A DNA stretch of 64,000 bases from an uncultured Acidobacteriota bacterium (GTDB taxonomy: Bacteria > Acidobacteriota > Thermoanaerobaculia > UBA5066 > Gp7-AA6): NCBI GenBank assembly GCA_963764715.1, contig CAVXTP010000022.1, forward strand, positions 512,001-576,000, given 5' to 3'. Positions 53,442 to 62,443 of the stretch are shown in pieces. Below the pieces are notes generated by a model. It was given only the letters and a program-made list of their open reading frames with translations. It ran no database searches and was not told where the DNA came from. The translations under genes and the position numbers were made by a program. Numbering within the stretch: position 1 is the first letter of the stretch; every line of letters starts with the position of its first letter.

Positions 53442-55508
53442 ATGGCCTACCTTCGCGCAGCCGCGCTGCCGACCCTGCTGACGCTCCTCGCGGCGCTCTC
53501 GGCCGGAGACCCGTCCCCGTCCGCCGCCCAGGCGGCGGATGGCCGGACACCGCCGTCGCTCGAGACCACGGTCGACGTGCGCATCATCCCCGGCGAGGAT
53601 TTCTTCGCCTACGCCAACGGCGCATGGCTCGAGGCGACCGCGATCCCGGCAGGCAAGGAGAAGTGGGGGGCCCGCGACGAGCTCGAGGAGGTTGCCCGCC
53701 GCCGCGTCGCCGCGCTGCTCGACGGCGCTGCCGCCGCGCCCGCCGGCTCGGCGGCGCGGAAGGTCGCCGACTTTTATGCCGCGTACGTGAACGAGGGCGG
53801 CCTGGAGGCCCGGGGGCTCACGTCGCTGAAGCCGCTGCTCGAGCGCATCGAGAAAGTGTCGGACAAGACGGAGCTGACACGCCTGCTGGGCCGCGACATG
53901 CGCGCCGACGTCGACCCCATGGGATTCGGAATCTACAAGTCAGCGAGCGTGCTGGGCCTCTCCGTGGAGCAGAGCATCCACGGAGAGAAGACCAACACCA
54001 CTTTCCTGGTGCAGGGAGGGCTGGGCCTGCCGGACCGCGAGGACTATCTCGGCGCCGACCCCGGGAAAGAGGCGCTTCGAGCACGGTATCGCGACTACAT
54101 CCGGACCATGCTCACGCTCGCCGGCTTCGGACATGCCGAGCAGCGCGCGAGAGCGGTGCTGGCGCTGGAAACGGCGATGGCGCAAAGCCAGGCCACGCGC
54201 GAGGCGTCGTCCAACGACCACAATGCCGACAACCTCTGGACCCGCTCCGACTTCGCGCAGCGGGCCCCCGGGATCGACTGGGCCGTCTTCTTCGACGAAG
54301 CCGGGCTGGCCGGTCAGGGCGAAATCGTCGTCTGGCAGCCGACCGCCGTGACCGGGCTGGCGGCGCAGGTCGCGTCGCAGCCGCTGGAGGCCTGGAAGGA
54401 CTACCTGCGCTTCCATTCCATGCACGATTTCGCGGACGTTCTGCCGCGCGCCTTTGCCGAGCAGGCGCTGGCGCTGCGGGCCGCCACGGGGGCCTCGCCG
54501 CAGCCCTCCCGGGCGGAGCGCGCCCTCGCGGCCACGCAGTCGGCCATGAGGAGCGCGCTCGGGAAGATGTACGTCGAGCGCTACTTCCCCGCCGAACAGA
54601 AGGCGCGCGTGGAGAGGATCTCCGACGACGTCCGCGCGGCCCTCACGAAGCGGGTCGAGGCCGCGGCCTGGATGTCCCCCGCCACCCGGGCGAGCGCCCT
54701 GTCGAAGCTGCAGACGCTGTACGTCGGCCTCGGGTATCCCGATCAGTGGGAAGACGACTCCTCGCTCGCCGTGGACCCGGCCGACCCGCTCAATAATCTC
54801 CGGCGCGTCTCGGACCGCGCCCGCCGCAACGCCCTCGCCCGGCTCGGCCAGCCCGTCAATCTGAAGTACTGGTACATCTCTCCGCAGACGGTCGGCGCGC
54901 TGCTCGTGTTCCAGCAGAACGCGTACGTGATGTCGGCCGCGTTGCTGGAGCCTCCCAAGTACGATCACATGTCCTCCGACGCCGCGGCCTACGGTTCCGT
55001 CGGGGCGCTCATCGGACACGACCTCACGCACTACATCGACGTGCTCGGCGCCGAGTACGACCCGGAGCACCGGCTGCGACGATGGTGGACGGCCCAGGAC
55101 CAGCAGCGCTTCCAGGCCCTTACGCAGCCGCTCGTGGATCAGTTCTCGGCGTACCAGCCGCTGCCGGGCCTCTCGATCAACGGCAAGCTGACGCTCACCG
55201 AGAACGTCGCCGACCTCGGCGGCCTCGCCGCCGCGTTCGACGCCTACCGCAAGTCGCTCGGCGGCCGGGTGACGGATCCCGACGCCGTGCGCCTGCAGGA
55301 CCGCGAGTTCTTCATCGCCTACGCGCAGACCCTTCGCCGCAAGATCAGCGAGGGCGCCCTGCGGACGCAGGTCGCCACCAACGACCACGCGCCGGAGAAC
55401 TACCGGGCCGACACGGTCCGCAATCTCGATGCGTGGTACGACGCGTTCGACGTGCGCCCGGGGCAGCCGCTGTACCTCGAGCCCTCGGCCCGCGTGCGCG
55501 TCTGGTAA
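53442..55508 (+). CDS. M13 (neprilysin/PepO) family metallopeptidase with atypical active site
   Basis: Signal peptide; PGEDFFAYANG.W, GLGLPDREDY, GHDLTH, ENVADLGG, VRNLDAWY and RVRVW motifs. Confidence 0.88.
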   Translation: MAYLRAAALPTLLTLLAALSAGDPSPSAAQAADGRTPPSLETTVDVRIIPGEDFFAYANGAWLEATAIPAGKEKWGARDELEEVARRRVAALLDGAAAAPAGSAARKVADFYAAYVNEGGLEARGLTSLKPLLERIEKVSDKTELTRLLGRDMRADVDPMGFGIYKSASVLGLSVEQSIHGEKTNTTFLVQGGLGLPDREDYLGADPGKEALRARYRDYIRTMLTLAGFGHAEQRARAVLALETAMAQSQATREASSNDHNADNLWTRSDFAQRAPGIDWAVFFDEAGLAGQGEIVVWQPTAVTGLAAQVASQPLEAWKDYLRFHSMHDFADVLPRAFAEQALALRAATGASPQPSRAERALAATQSAMRSALGKMYVERYFPAEQKARVERISDDVRAALTKRVEAAAWMSPATRASALSKLQTLYVGLGYPDQWEDDSSLAVDPADPLNNLRRVSDRARRNALARLGQPVNLKYWYISPQTVGALLVFQQNAYVMSAALLEPPKYDHMSSDAAAYGSVGALIGHDLTHYIDVLGAEYDPEHRLRRWWTAQDQQRFQALTQPLVDQFSAYQPLPGLSINGKLTLTENVADLGGLAAAFDAYRKSLGGRVTDPDAVRLQDREFFIAYAQTLRRKISEGALRTQVATNDHAPENYRADTVRNLDAWYDAFDVRPGQPLYLEPSARVRVW

Positions 55509-55536
55509 TCGGCGAGCCCCGGGCCTCGAGGCGATC

Positions 55537-56310
55537 TTGCGCGTCACCGTCTGCGAACTGCCGCACGAGCCCGTAGCCCTGGCCGCCGCGTGGGCCGCAC
55601 TGTGCGAGCACACAATGCGCCACGCGTCCGAGCTGGTCCTGCTGCCGGAGTTCGCGATGGTCGATGCGGTCTGGCAGGACGAGACTTTCGACGCCGCCCG
55701 CTGGACAGTCGCGCAGGCCGCGAGCGACGTCTGGCGCCAGCGCCTCCCCGAGTTGCGTGCCGCGCACGTGGTCGGGACCCGTCCCGTCACCATCGACGGC
55801 CGCCCCTTCAATCAGGGGTTCCTCTGGTCGGCTTCCGGCGGCCTGGTGCCGCTCCGCCGCAAGTTCTTCATGCCGGATGAACCGGGCGGCTGGGAAGCGC
55901 GCTGGTTCGACCGGGGCGATCCCGATTTCACCGAGTATTCCGCGGGCGGCTGGTCGTTTGGCCTCAACATCTGCAGCGAGCTGTGGGCCGTGGAAACCTA
56001 CGCCGCGTATGCCGAGCGCGGCGTGCAGCTCGTCCTGTCGCCCCGCGCGACGGCGGCCGCCACGATCGCCCGGTGGCTGGCCGTGGGCGTCGTGGCGGCG
56101 GTGCGCTCGGGCGCGTTCAGCCTGTCGTCCAACCGCGTGGATCCGACGGGTGCGTTCGGCGGCGTCGGATGGATCATCGATCCTTACGGGAACTTCCTGG
56201 CGCGGACGAGCCCCGACGCACCGTTCGCGACGGTCGACATCGACCTCTTCGCCTCGGCGGCCGCGCGGGACGACTATCCCGGCTACGTATTCCGCGGGCG
56301 ACGGCGGTGA
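55537..56310 (+). CDS. Carbon-nitrogen hydrolase (nitrilase superfamily)
   Basis: Catalytic triad context LLPE, RRK and ICSE. Confidence 0.85.
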   Translation: MRVTVCELPHEPVALAAAWAALCEHTMRHASELVLLPEFAMVDAVWQDETFDAARWTVAQAASDVWRQRLPELRAAHVVGTRPVTIDGRPFNQGFLWSASGGLVPLRRKFFMPDEPGGWEARWFDRGDPDFTEYSAGGWSFGLNICSELWAVETYAAYAERGVQLVLSPRATAAATIARWLAVGVVAAVRSGAFSLSSNRVDPTGAFGGVGWIIDPYGNFLARTSPDAPFATVDIDLFASAAARDDYPGYVFRGRRR

Positions 56311-56375
56311 TCGCGGCCGATAGACTCGCTGACCCGGCCCGGCTCGATCGTCGCGTTTCGAGGCGCTGGCGGACG

Positions 56376-56999
56376 TCAGCCCTCGCGCCGCACGACCCAG
56401 GTCGTCATGCACCGCTGATCCTGGACGACCGTCGTCTTCAGGGGGTCGAGGAGAGAACCGCCGAGCTCTCGCGTCAGGGACATCAGGAGCTTCTCGTCGA
56501 CGAGAAACCGCTCGCTGCCGTCCGGCAGTCGAAACCGGCCTCCGCCGACCGGTCGCATCCGCGTCTCCATCCCGATGTTCGACGCGAGGCGGCAGAAGAA
56601 CAGTCCTCCCGGCTTCAGCAGGCGCCAGGACCCGCTGACCATCGCCCGGAAGTGCGCCTCGTCGCGAGCGAAGTGGAGGACGGCGCTGCTGACGACGACA
56701 TCGGCGCACCGGTCCTCGAAGGTCGAGGCCTCCGCGGACTCGACACGGAAGTTCGCCGGCGGCAGTCGGGGCGCGAGCCTCCCGGCCAGCTCCCGGACGG
56801 TCTCGATCGCCCCCGCGTCCGGGTCCAGCGCACGGACCTCGTAGCCCTGTCCCAGAAAGTAGGTCAGGTTCCGACCCCGGCCGCAGCCGGCCTCCAGCAC
56901 CGACCGGCCCGGGAGGATGCGCCCCCGCAGGAGCTGGTCGAAGAGGTAGATGTCGATCCCGCCGAAGATCGCCGTCAGGTCGAGCGGGTTGGCCGGCAT
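56376..56999 (-). CDS. Class I SAM-dependent methyltransferase
   Basis: VLEAGCGRGRN, SSAVLHFA and LKPGG motifs. Confidence 0.88.
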   Translation of the reverse strand: MPANPLDLTAIFGGIDIYLFDQLLRGRILPGRSVLEAGCGRGRNLTYFLGQGYEVRALDPDAGAIETVRELAGRLAPRLPPANFRVESAEASTFEDRCADVVVSSAVLHFARDEAHFRAMVSGSWRLLKPGGLFFCRLASNIGMETRMRPVGGGRFRLPDGSERFLVDEKLLMSLTRELGGSLLDPLKTTVVQDQRCMTTWVVRREG

Positions 57000-57068
57000 C
57001 GCCCGGCGAGTCTATCCGCGCGGGCGCGCGCCTTGCAGATGTAGCCTCCGCACTGAAGGAGGACACCG

Positions 57069-57431
57069 ATGCGCATCCTCGGCCCGCGGCTCCACGGTTA
57101 CATCGACGTCGCCACCATCCTCATCTTCCTCGTCGGCCCGCTTCTCTTCGGCCTCGGCGGCAGCCCGGCCCTGATCAGCTGGGTCCTCGCCGCTGCGCAC
57201 CTCGTCCTGACGCTCCTGACGCGCTTTCCGCTCGGCGTCGTCAAGAAGATCCCATTCTTCATCCACGGGCTGGTCGAGCTTCTCGTGGCCGTGTTCCTCG
57301 CCCTCCTCCCGCGCCTCGACGGGTACGCGCCCGGCTCCCCGGCGCGGCGCTTCTACTGGACGATGGCGATCGTGATCGGCCTCGTCTGGCTGCTGACCGA
57401 CTATCGCGGGCACGAAGCCGAGACGGCTTGA
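57069..57431 (+). CDS. Small membrane protein (SPW-repeat-like)
   Basis: Two repeats HG.ID/HG.VE with 4 TM; AGGAGG RBS. Confidence 0.7.
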   Translation: MRILGPRLHGYIDVATILIFLVGPLLFGLGGSPALISWVLAAAHLVLTLLTRFPLGVVKKIPFFIHGLVELLVAVFLALLPRLDGYAPGSPARRFYWTMAIVIGLVWLLTDYRGHEAETA

Positions 57432-58159
57432 GCGGTTCGTCGCTGCGGGCCTTCCTCCGGCGCCGGATCTCGCGCGAGGAAGCCGTCGGCCTGTCGTTCA
57501 CGCTGAGCTTCGTGCTGTGCGCCACCCTCGCGGCCGCCGTGGGATGGCTCGCCCACGAGGTCCTGCTCGCGGGCGGGAAGCCGGGCCCGTTCGACGTGCG
57601 GGTCTCCGAGTCCCTGGTCGGGCTCCGCTCGAAGCGGCTCACCGGGCTCATGGCGACCGCGAGCGCGTTCGGCGACCACCGGTTCCTGCTCGTCGCGACT
57701 CCCGCGGTCCTCCTCGCCCTCTGGAGCTCCCGCCGGCACGTTTCCGCGCTGCTCTTCGCCGGAAGCGTGGTCGGCGGATTCGGCCTGAGCACGGTGCTCA
57801 AGATCGCGATCGCCCGCGCGCGCCCCGAGGCCTGGAAGGCCCTCGTGACCGAGAAGAGCTACAGCTTCCCGAGCGGCCACGCGGTCATGGCGACCGTGTT
57901 CTTCGGGGGACTGGCGGCCGTCGTGTTTCACCTCTCGAAGAGCCCGTTGCGGCGCGGGCTCGCCGTTCTCCTCGCGAGCGGGATCGTCCTGACGATCGCC
58001 GCGAGCCGGGTCTACCTGGGAGCGCACTGGCCGACCGACACTCTGGCCGGGATGGCGGCTGGCCTCATCTGGGTCGTGATCTACGCGTCCGCGACGGAGA
58101 CCGTCACGCACATCCAGAGGCGCCGCAAGGGCCTCAGGGAATCGCGGTCACCCGATTGA
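57428..58159 (+). CDS. PAP2 family phosphatase
   Basis: KIAIARARP, SFPSGH and SRVYLGAHWPTD motifs. Confidence 0.9.
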   Translation: MSGSSLRAFLRRRISREEAVGLSFTLSFVLCATLAAAVGWLAHEVLLAGGKPGPFDVRVSESLVGLRSKRLTGLMATASAFGDHRFLLVATPAVLLALWSSRRHVSALLFAGSVVGGFGLSTVLKIAIARARPEAWKALVTEKSYSFPSGHAVMATVFFGGLAAVVFHLSKSPLRRGLAVLLASGIVLTIAASRVYLGAHWPTDTLAGMAAGLIWVVIYASATETVTHIQRRRKGLRESRSPD

Positions 58160-59762
58160 TCTCGAGGGTCGGCGGCTTCTCGGGCGCAGCCTCCGCCGCG
58201 CCGGAACGGGCCGCGCGGATCCGGGCGCCGCGATTGCTCCACCATGCCGCGGCCTCCGCCGCTGACCACGCGGGAACGTCCGACGCCGCGGCGAGCGCCG
58301 CCTGGATGGCCTCGACGCTCTCGGGCCTGTCCTCCGGGTCTTTCGCGAGCGCCGCGAGAACGAGGGCCTCGATCGAGGGAGGCAGCGTCCGCCCGACCCG
58401 CGCCGAGGGCGGGACGGGTTCGTCCCGCAGGAGCTTCGTCATCACGTCGCCGAGGCTGCCGTCGAAAACGGTCGATCCGGTCAGCAGGAAATATGCGGTC
58501 GCCCCCAGCGCGTAGATGTCGCAGCGGACGTCGATGCGATTCGGTGAGCGGAGCGCCTCCGGGGCCATGTAGTGCGGTGTGCCCAGGGCCGTGTTCTCGA
58601 GGGTGAGGCGGGCGTCGACCGCGGAGGCGCTCTTCACGAGCCCGAAGTCCACGACCTTGGCGACGTCCGGCCTTCCGCCGCGCTCGCAGAGCAGGATGTT
58701 GGCCGGCTTAATGTCGCGGTGGATCAGCCCCACGCGATGCGCCTCGCCGAGAGCCTCGCAGACCTGCCGGAGCACGTGGACGACGCGGCCCGGAGGCATC
58801 GGCCCGTCGCGCCGGACGAGCTCGTCGAGGTCGATGCCGTCGAGGAACTCCATCGCGTAATAGAAGACCCCGTCGGGCGTGCGGCCGTAGTCGTACACCG
58901 AGACGGTGTGCGGCGAGGTCAGGAGCGAGGTCATCTGGACCTCGCGCTCGAAGCGGGCGAGGTCCATCTCCCCCGCCCGTTCCGGCGGCAGGATCTTGAT
59001 CGCGGTCGGCCGGCGCAGGAGCGCATGGCTCGCCCGGTAGACGGCGCCCATCCCGCCCTCCCCGATCTTCTCGACGAGCGTGTAGGGCCCCAGGCGGCGC
59101 GCCTCGCGGACCGTCTGGCGCAGGCCGTAGATGACGCTCGAGATCTTCGTCGAGAGCAGGACCGCGAGGCCGGCGAAAAGGCCGGCAAAGATCGCATAGG
59201 AGACCGGGGCGGGCAGGCTCGGCTGGGCGGCCCGCTCGTAGCCGATCAGCGTCAGCACCGGAAGCGGCGCGACCGACACCGCACCGATCCACGCCGTGCG
59301 CCGCGGGTCGCTCGGTACGATCGCGGCGCGGTAGAGGAGTATTCCGAAGAGGGCGAGCGCTGCGAGCAGGTCGGGCCGCAGGACGAGCGGAAGGGTGAAG
59401 CTCATGGCGAGGATGCCGACCGAGACGAGGAACATGCCGACGCCGTCGACCAGCGCGAGCGCCGACGAGGGCATCAGGGGCCCGCGGGCGGCGAGCCACA
59501 TCGCCAGAAGCACCACCATGTACGCGAGGTTGAAGAGATGCGGCGTCGCGAGCGGCAGCCCGTGAACGAGAGCGTCGGGCGTCCAGGCCAGAGCCACACC
59601 CCAGCCGGCGAGGAAGAAAAAGACGGTCAGGAGGAACACCAGCCGCGCGAACCGTCCGATCCGCTCCTGCAGGAAGGCGCGGCCCTCCTCGGAGCCCCAC
59701 GGGCTCCCCTCGCCGCTCGCCGCGCGGCGGCGATCCTGTCGATCCCCACCCGGCCGTTCCAA
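58134..59762 (-). CDS. Membrane-bound Hanks-type Ser/Thr protein kinase
   Basis: N-terminal TM helices; IGEGGMGAVY, AIK, HRDIKPAN, DFG and GTPHYMAPE motifs. Confidence 0.93.
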   Translation of the reverse strand: MERPGGDRQDRRRAASGEGSPWGSEEGRAFLQERIGRFARLVFLLTVFFFLAGWGVALAWTPDALVHGLPLATPHLFNLAYMVVLLAMWLAARGPLMPSSALALVDGVGMFLVSVGILAMSFTLPLVLRPDLLAALALFGILLYRAAIVPSDPRRTAWIGAVSVAPLPVLTLIGYERAAQPSLPAPVSYAIFAGLFAGLAVLLSTKISSVIYGLRQTVREARRLGPYTLVEKIGEGGMGAVYRASHALLRRPTAIKILPPERAGEMDLARFEREVQMTSLLTSPHTVSVYDYGRTPDGVFYYAMEFLDGIDLDELVRRDGPMPPGRVVHVLRQVCEALGEAHRVGLIHRDIKPANILLCERGGRPDVAKVVDFGLVKSASAVDARLTLENTALGTPHYMAPEALRSPNRIDVRCDIYALGATAYFLLTGSTVFDGSLGDVMTKLLRDEPVPPSARVGRTLPPSIEALVLAALAKDPEDRPESVEAIQAALAAASDVPAWSAAEAAAWWSNRGARIRAARSGAAEAAPEKPPTLEINRVTAIP

Positions 59763-59820
59763 GTTCGTGGCGGAATTCTACAGGCGCCGGCCCGACTCTC
59801 CTGCCTCCTGCCTCCTGAGG

Positions 59821-62013
59821 CTACGGCCCGTACAGGTTCAGCTGAAATCCCTTCGTCAGGAACACGGCCATCTGCCCGCGCCGCGTCGCGGCATTGGGAC
59901 AGTAGAGGCCGCCGCCGCACCCTGCCGTCACGCCCTCGTCCTTGAGCGCTTCGACCCACGGCGCGAACGGATTGCCGACCGGAACGTCGGAGAAGTCCCC
60001 GCTCGCCGCCGGCGGCACCCAGGACGACCCGTGCTCCGTCTTGAGAAGAAACACCGCCATCTGGGCCCGCGTCACGGGATCGTTCGGGCAGAAGTTCGCC
60101 CCGGAGCCGCAGCCGGCGGTGACCCCCTCGGCCGCGAGCCGCTCGATCCAGGCCGCCGCGAAGGCGTTGACCGCCACGTCGTCGAAGACCGTACCGGTCG
60201 CGGCGGGCGGGACGTAGGCCGATCCGTGCTCGGCGCGCAGCAGGAACACCGCCATCTGGGCCCGCGTCAGGGTGCCGTCGGGGCAGAAGGAGACTCCTCC
60301 GCAGCCCGACGTGATGCCCTTGTGGAGCACCGTCTCCACGTAACGGTAGTCGCCCCGCGTCGCGGCCACGTCCTCGAAGCTCCGGCCGATGTGAAGAGGC
60401 CACGAGCGTATCGAGGCATCCGAGAGGGTCTCCTCGAACGTCGCGTCCCAGTGGAGCGCGGGCCGGGCGGCGGCGAAGGCCGTCACGCTGTAACAGTTGC
60501 CGGTCGCGTCAAAGCACGAGGCGAGCTGGCCGGCCGGGACGCTGCCGTAGTCGCCCGCGGCGTCGACGATCGCGTACGTCGCTCCCGGTCCGGGGCCGGT
60601 GAAGGACGTGGCGGTCCCGGTCATGGAGACCGGAGAGGCTCCCTCGTTGAGGTACGACGGCTCGACCGTCGCGGTCTCGCCGCTCTCGAGGACGCCGTTG
60701 GGGTACGGGTTCGCGCCCAGGGGATGGCGGTCGACGCCGAGCTCGGGGGAGGGGCCGAGCTCGATCTGCACGACGAGCGCCGAAGCGTCGGCCGAGAGCG
60801 GCGTGACGCGCAGGCCCGCCTCCGCGTCGAAGTAGCTCTGCCCCACGACCAGGGCCGCGTTGCCGAAGCCGGCGTCGGTCGGGGTCATGTCGAGCAGGCA
60901 CGTCGTGCAGCTGAACGCGGGATAGCCCGGAGCCAGGCGCATCATCGCGCCGCTGACGGGATTGCCCGACATGGTTCCGTCGAAGCCGATCGGCTGGCGG
61001 TACTCGATCCAGTACGTCCGCTGCGGATCGACCAGCGGGATCTGCACGGCGTAGAGGCTTCGGCCCGCCTGCTCGATCGGCGCGATCGTGTAGGTCGCCA
61101 TGCCGCCGCCGTGCGTCGCCTTCGTGCCGGCGGGCAGGTAGCCGAGCTGGCTCTTCATGTAGGCGGGAAAGTGGCGCGCCTGGGAGTTGCCCATGATCGA
61201 GAACGGGTCGCCGTACTCGCTGACCGTGCACGGGCTCTCCAGGACGGTCGCCCCGCAGTCGAGGGAGCTCGAGTGGCCGACGCCGAAGCAGTGGCCGAGC
61301 TCGTGCCCGACGACGAGATTGGACAGCGCCTGGTTGATCCACGCCTGGGATCCGCCGCCGAGGCCCGACCATCCGCACGGAATGTGCGGGAACACGTAGA
61401 CGCGCTTCTGGTACGCGTACGGGTTGTACCCTGCGTCCGTCGCGCGCGCGTCGGCCTGGGCGGAGACCGTGTAGGGGTCGCACGTCGTCGGCGTGTTGAT
61501 CGTTGCCGTCAGCCAGTTGGTCACGGTCCCCGAGAGCGTGTGGGTGCCGTACGAGACCTCCTTGTAGTAGTCGGAAACGTTCCCCGCGCCGAACATCCGG
61601 GTCTGGACCTGGGCCACGGTGTACGGCTCGGTCGTCGTGTCGAGGAACTTGATGAGGATGGCGATCACCGTCGAGTTGCCGCCGACGGCGGGCGCCTCGA
61701 CGGCATCCGGCGCCTCCAGCACCTCGAGGTGCTCGACCGCGAAACGGCCCGCTTGTGCCTTTCCCACGACGCGTACGCGGGTGCCCTCGGCGGGCGCTTC
61801 CGCGTCGGGGGGCAGGTCGAGAGAGATCCGGGCGCCCCCTTCGTCGGCGAGGGCCACGATCCGCTCCGAGCGGCCGTGCTCGAAGTCGTCGGCGGTGAGG
61901 ATCTCGATCGTCCCCGAACGCGTCTCGATCGCGGCCCGGGCGGACCCGCCGGCGAGCGCGGCAAGGAACACGAATGCGGCCGCCAGGCGGCCGGGCCGCT
62001 CCCCGAGTCTCAT
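59821..62013 (-). CDS. Secreted metzincin-type metalloprotease (M11/M6-like) with SLH-like repeats
   Basis: HELGHCFGVGH, EYGDPFSIMG and YWIEYRQ motifs; C-terminal module paralogous to 7204-8790. Confidence 0.85.
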   Translation of the reverse strand: MRLGERPGRLAAAFVFLAALAGGSARAAIETRSGTIEILTADDFEHGRSERIVALADEGGARISLDLPPDAEAPAEGTRVRVVGKAQAGRFAVEHLEVLEAPDAVEAPAVGGNSTVIAILIKFLDTTTEPYTVAQVQTRMFGAGNVSDYYKEVSYGTHTLSGTVTNWLTATINTPTTCDPYTVSAQADARATDAGYNPYAYQKRVYVFPHIPCGWSGLGGGSQAWINQALSNLVVGHELGHCFGVGHSSSLDCGATVLESPCTVSEYGDPFSIMGNSQARHFPAYMKSQLGYLPAGTKATHGGGMATYTIAPIEQAGRSLYAVQIPLVDPQRTYWIEYRQPIGFDGTMSGNPVSGAMMRLAPGYPAFSCTTCLLDMTPTDAGFGNAALVVGQSYFDAEAGLRVTPLSADASALVVQIELGPSPELGVDRHPLGANPYPNGVLESGETATVEPSYLNEGASPVSMTGTATSFTGPGPGATYAIVDAAGDYGSVPAGQLASCFDATGNCYSVTAFAAARPALHWDATFEETLSDASIRSWPLHIGRSFEDVAATRGDYRYVETVLHKGITSGCGGVSFCPDGTLTRAQMAVFLLRAEHGSAYVPPAATGTVFDDVAVNAFAAAWIERLAAEGVTAGCGSGANFCPNDPVTRAQMAVFLLKTEHGSSWVPPAASGDFSDVPVGNPFAPWVEALKDEGVTAGCGGGLYCPNAATRRGQMAVFLTKGFQLNLYGP

Positions 62014-62443
62014 GAATTCCTCCGGTTGTAGGAGAAATTATGAGGCTTCGGACGGGCCGATACACCGGCCATTCGGGCAGGGTGATACCCGCGGGCGCGC
62101 TCGAATTCGGGGATTCCCCCGGCCCCATCCTCGGGGTCGGGCTGAGATCAGTGCCAGCGTCCCTCGACTCGATGCCACCCGGGCGGAGTGTGCCGCCACG
62201 GGGGCGCGGTCCAGGTCGCGTGCCGGACTCGCGATCGCGGCTTCCACTCGCAGGGCAAGCGGAGCTTCTTCGCCGTAAAACGACGCCTTCGACGTAAACG
62301 ACGCCCGGCGGAGCCGAGGCGCAGCCGGGGAACCGACTTCGTTCCCGTCACCTCCCGGGTCAGGAAGCAACTCCCATGCCGGTCGACACTTCGGCGAACC
62401 GGTCGCACGCCGTGATAAACACGGGCCTATGGAGGGCGGCCTC

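Noticed and set aside
51021-56400. Intact prophage or ICE at tRNA-Pro
   Set aside because: No integrase, transposase, phage or conjugation genes are visible; only a short att-like repeat.
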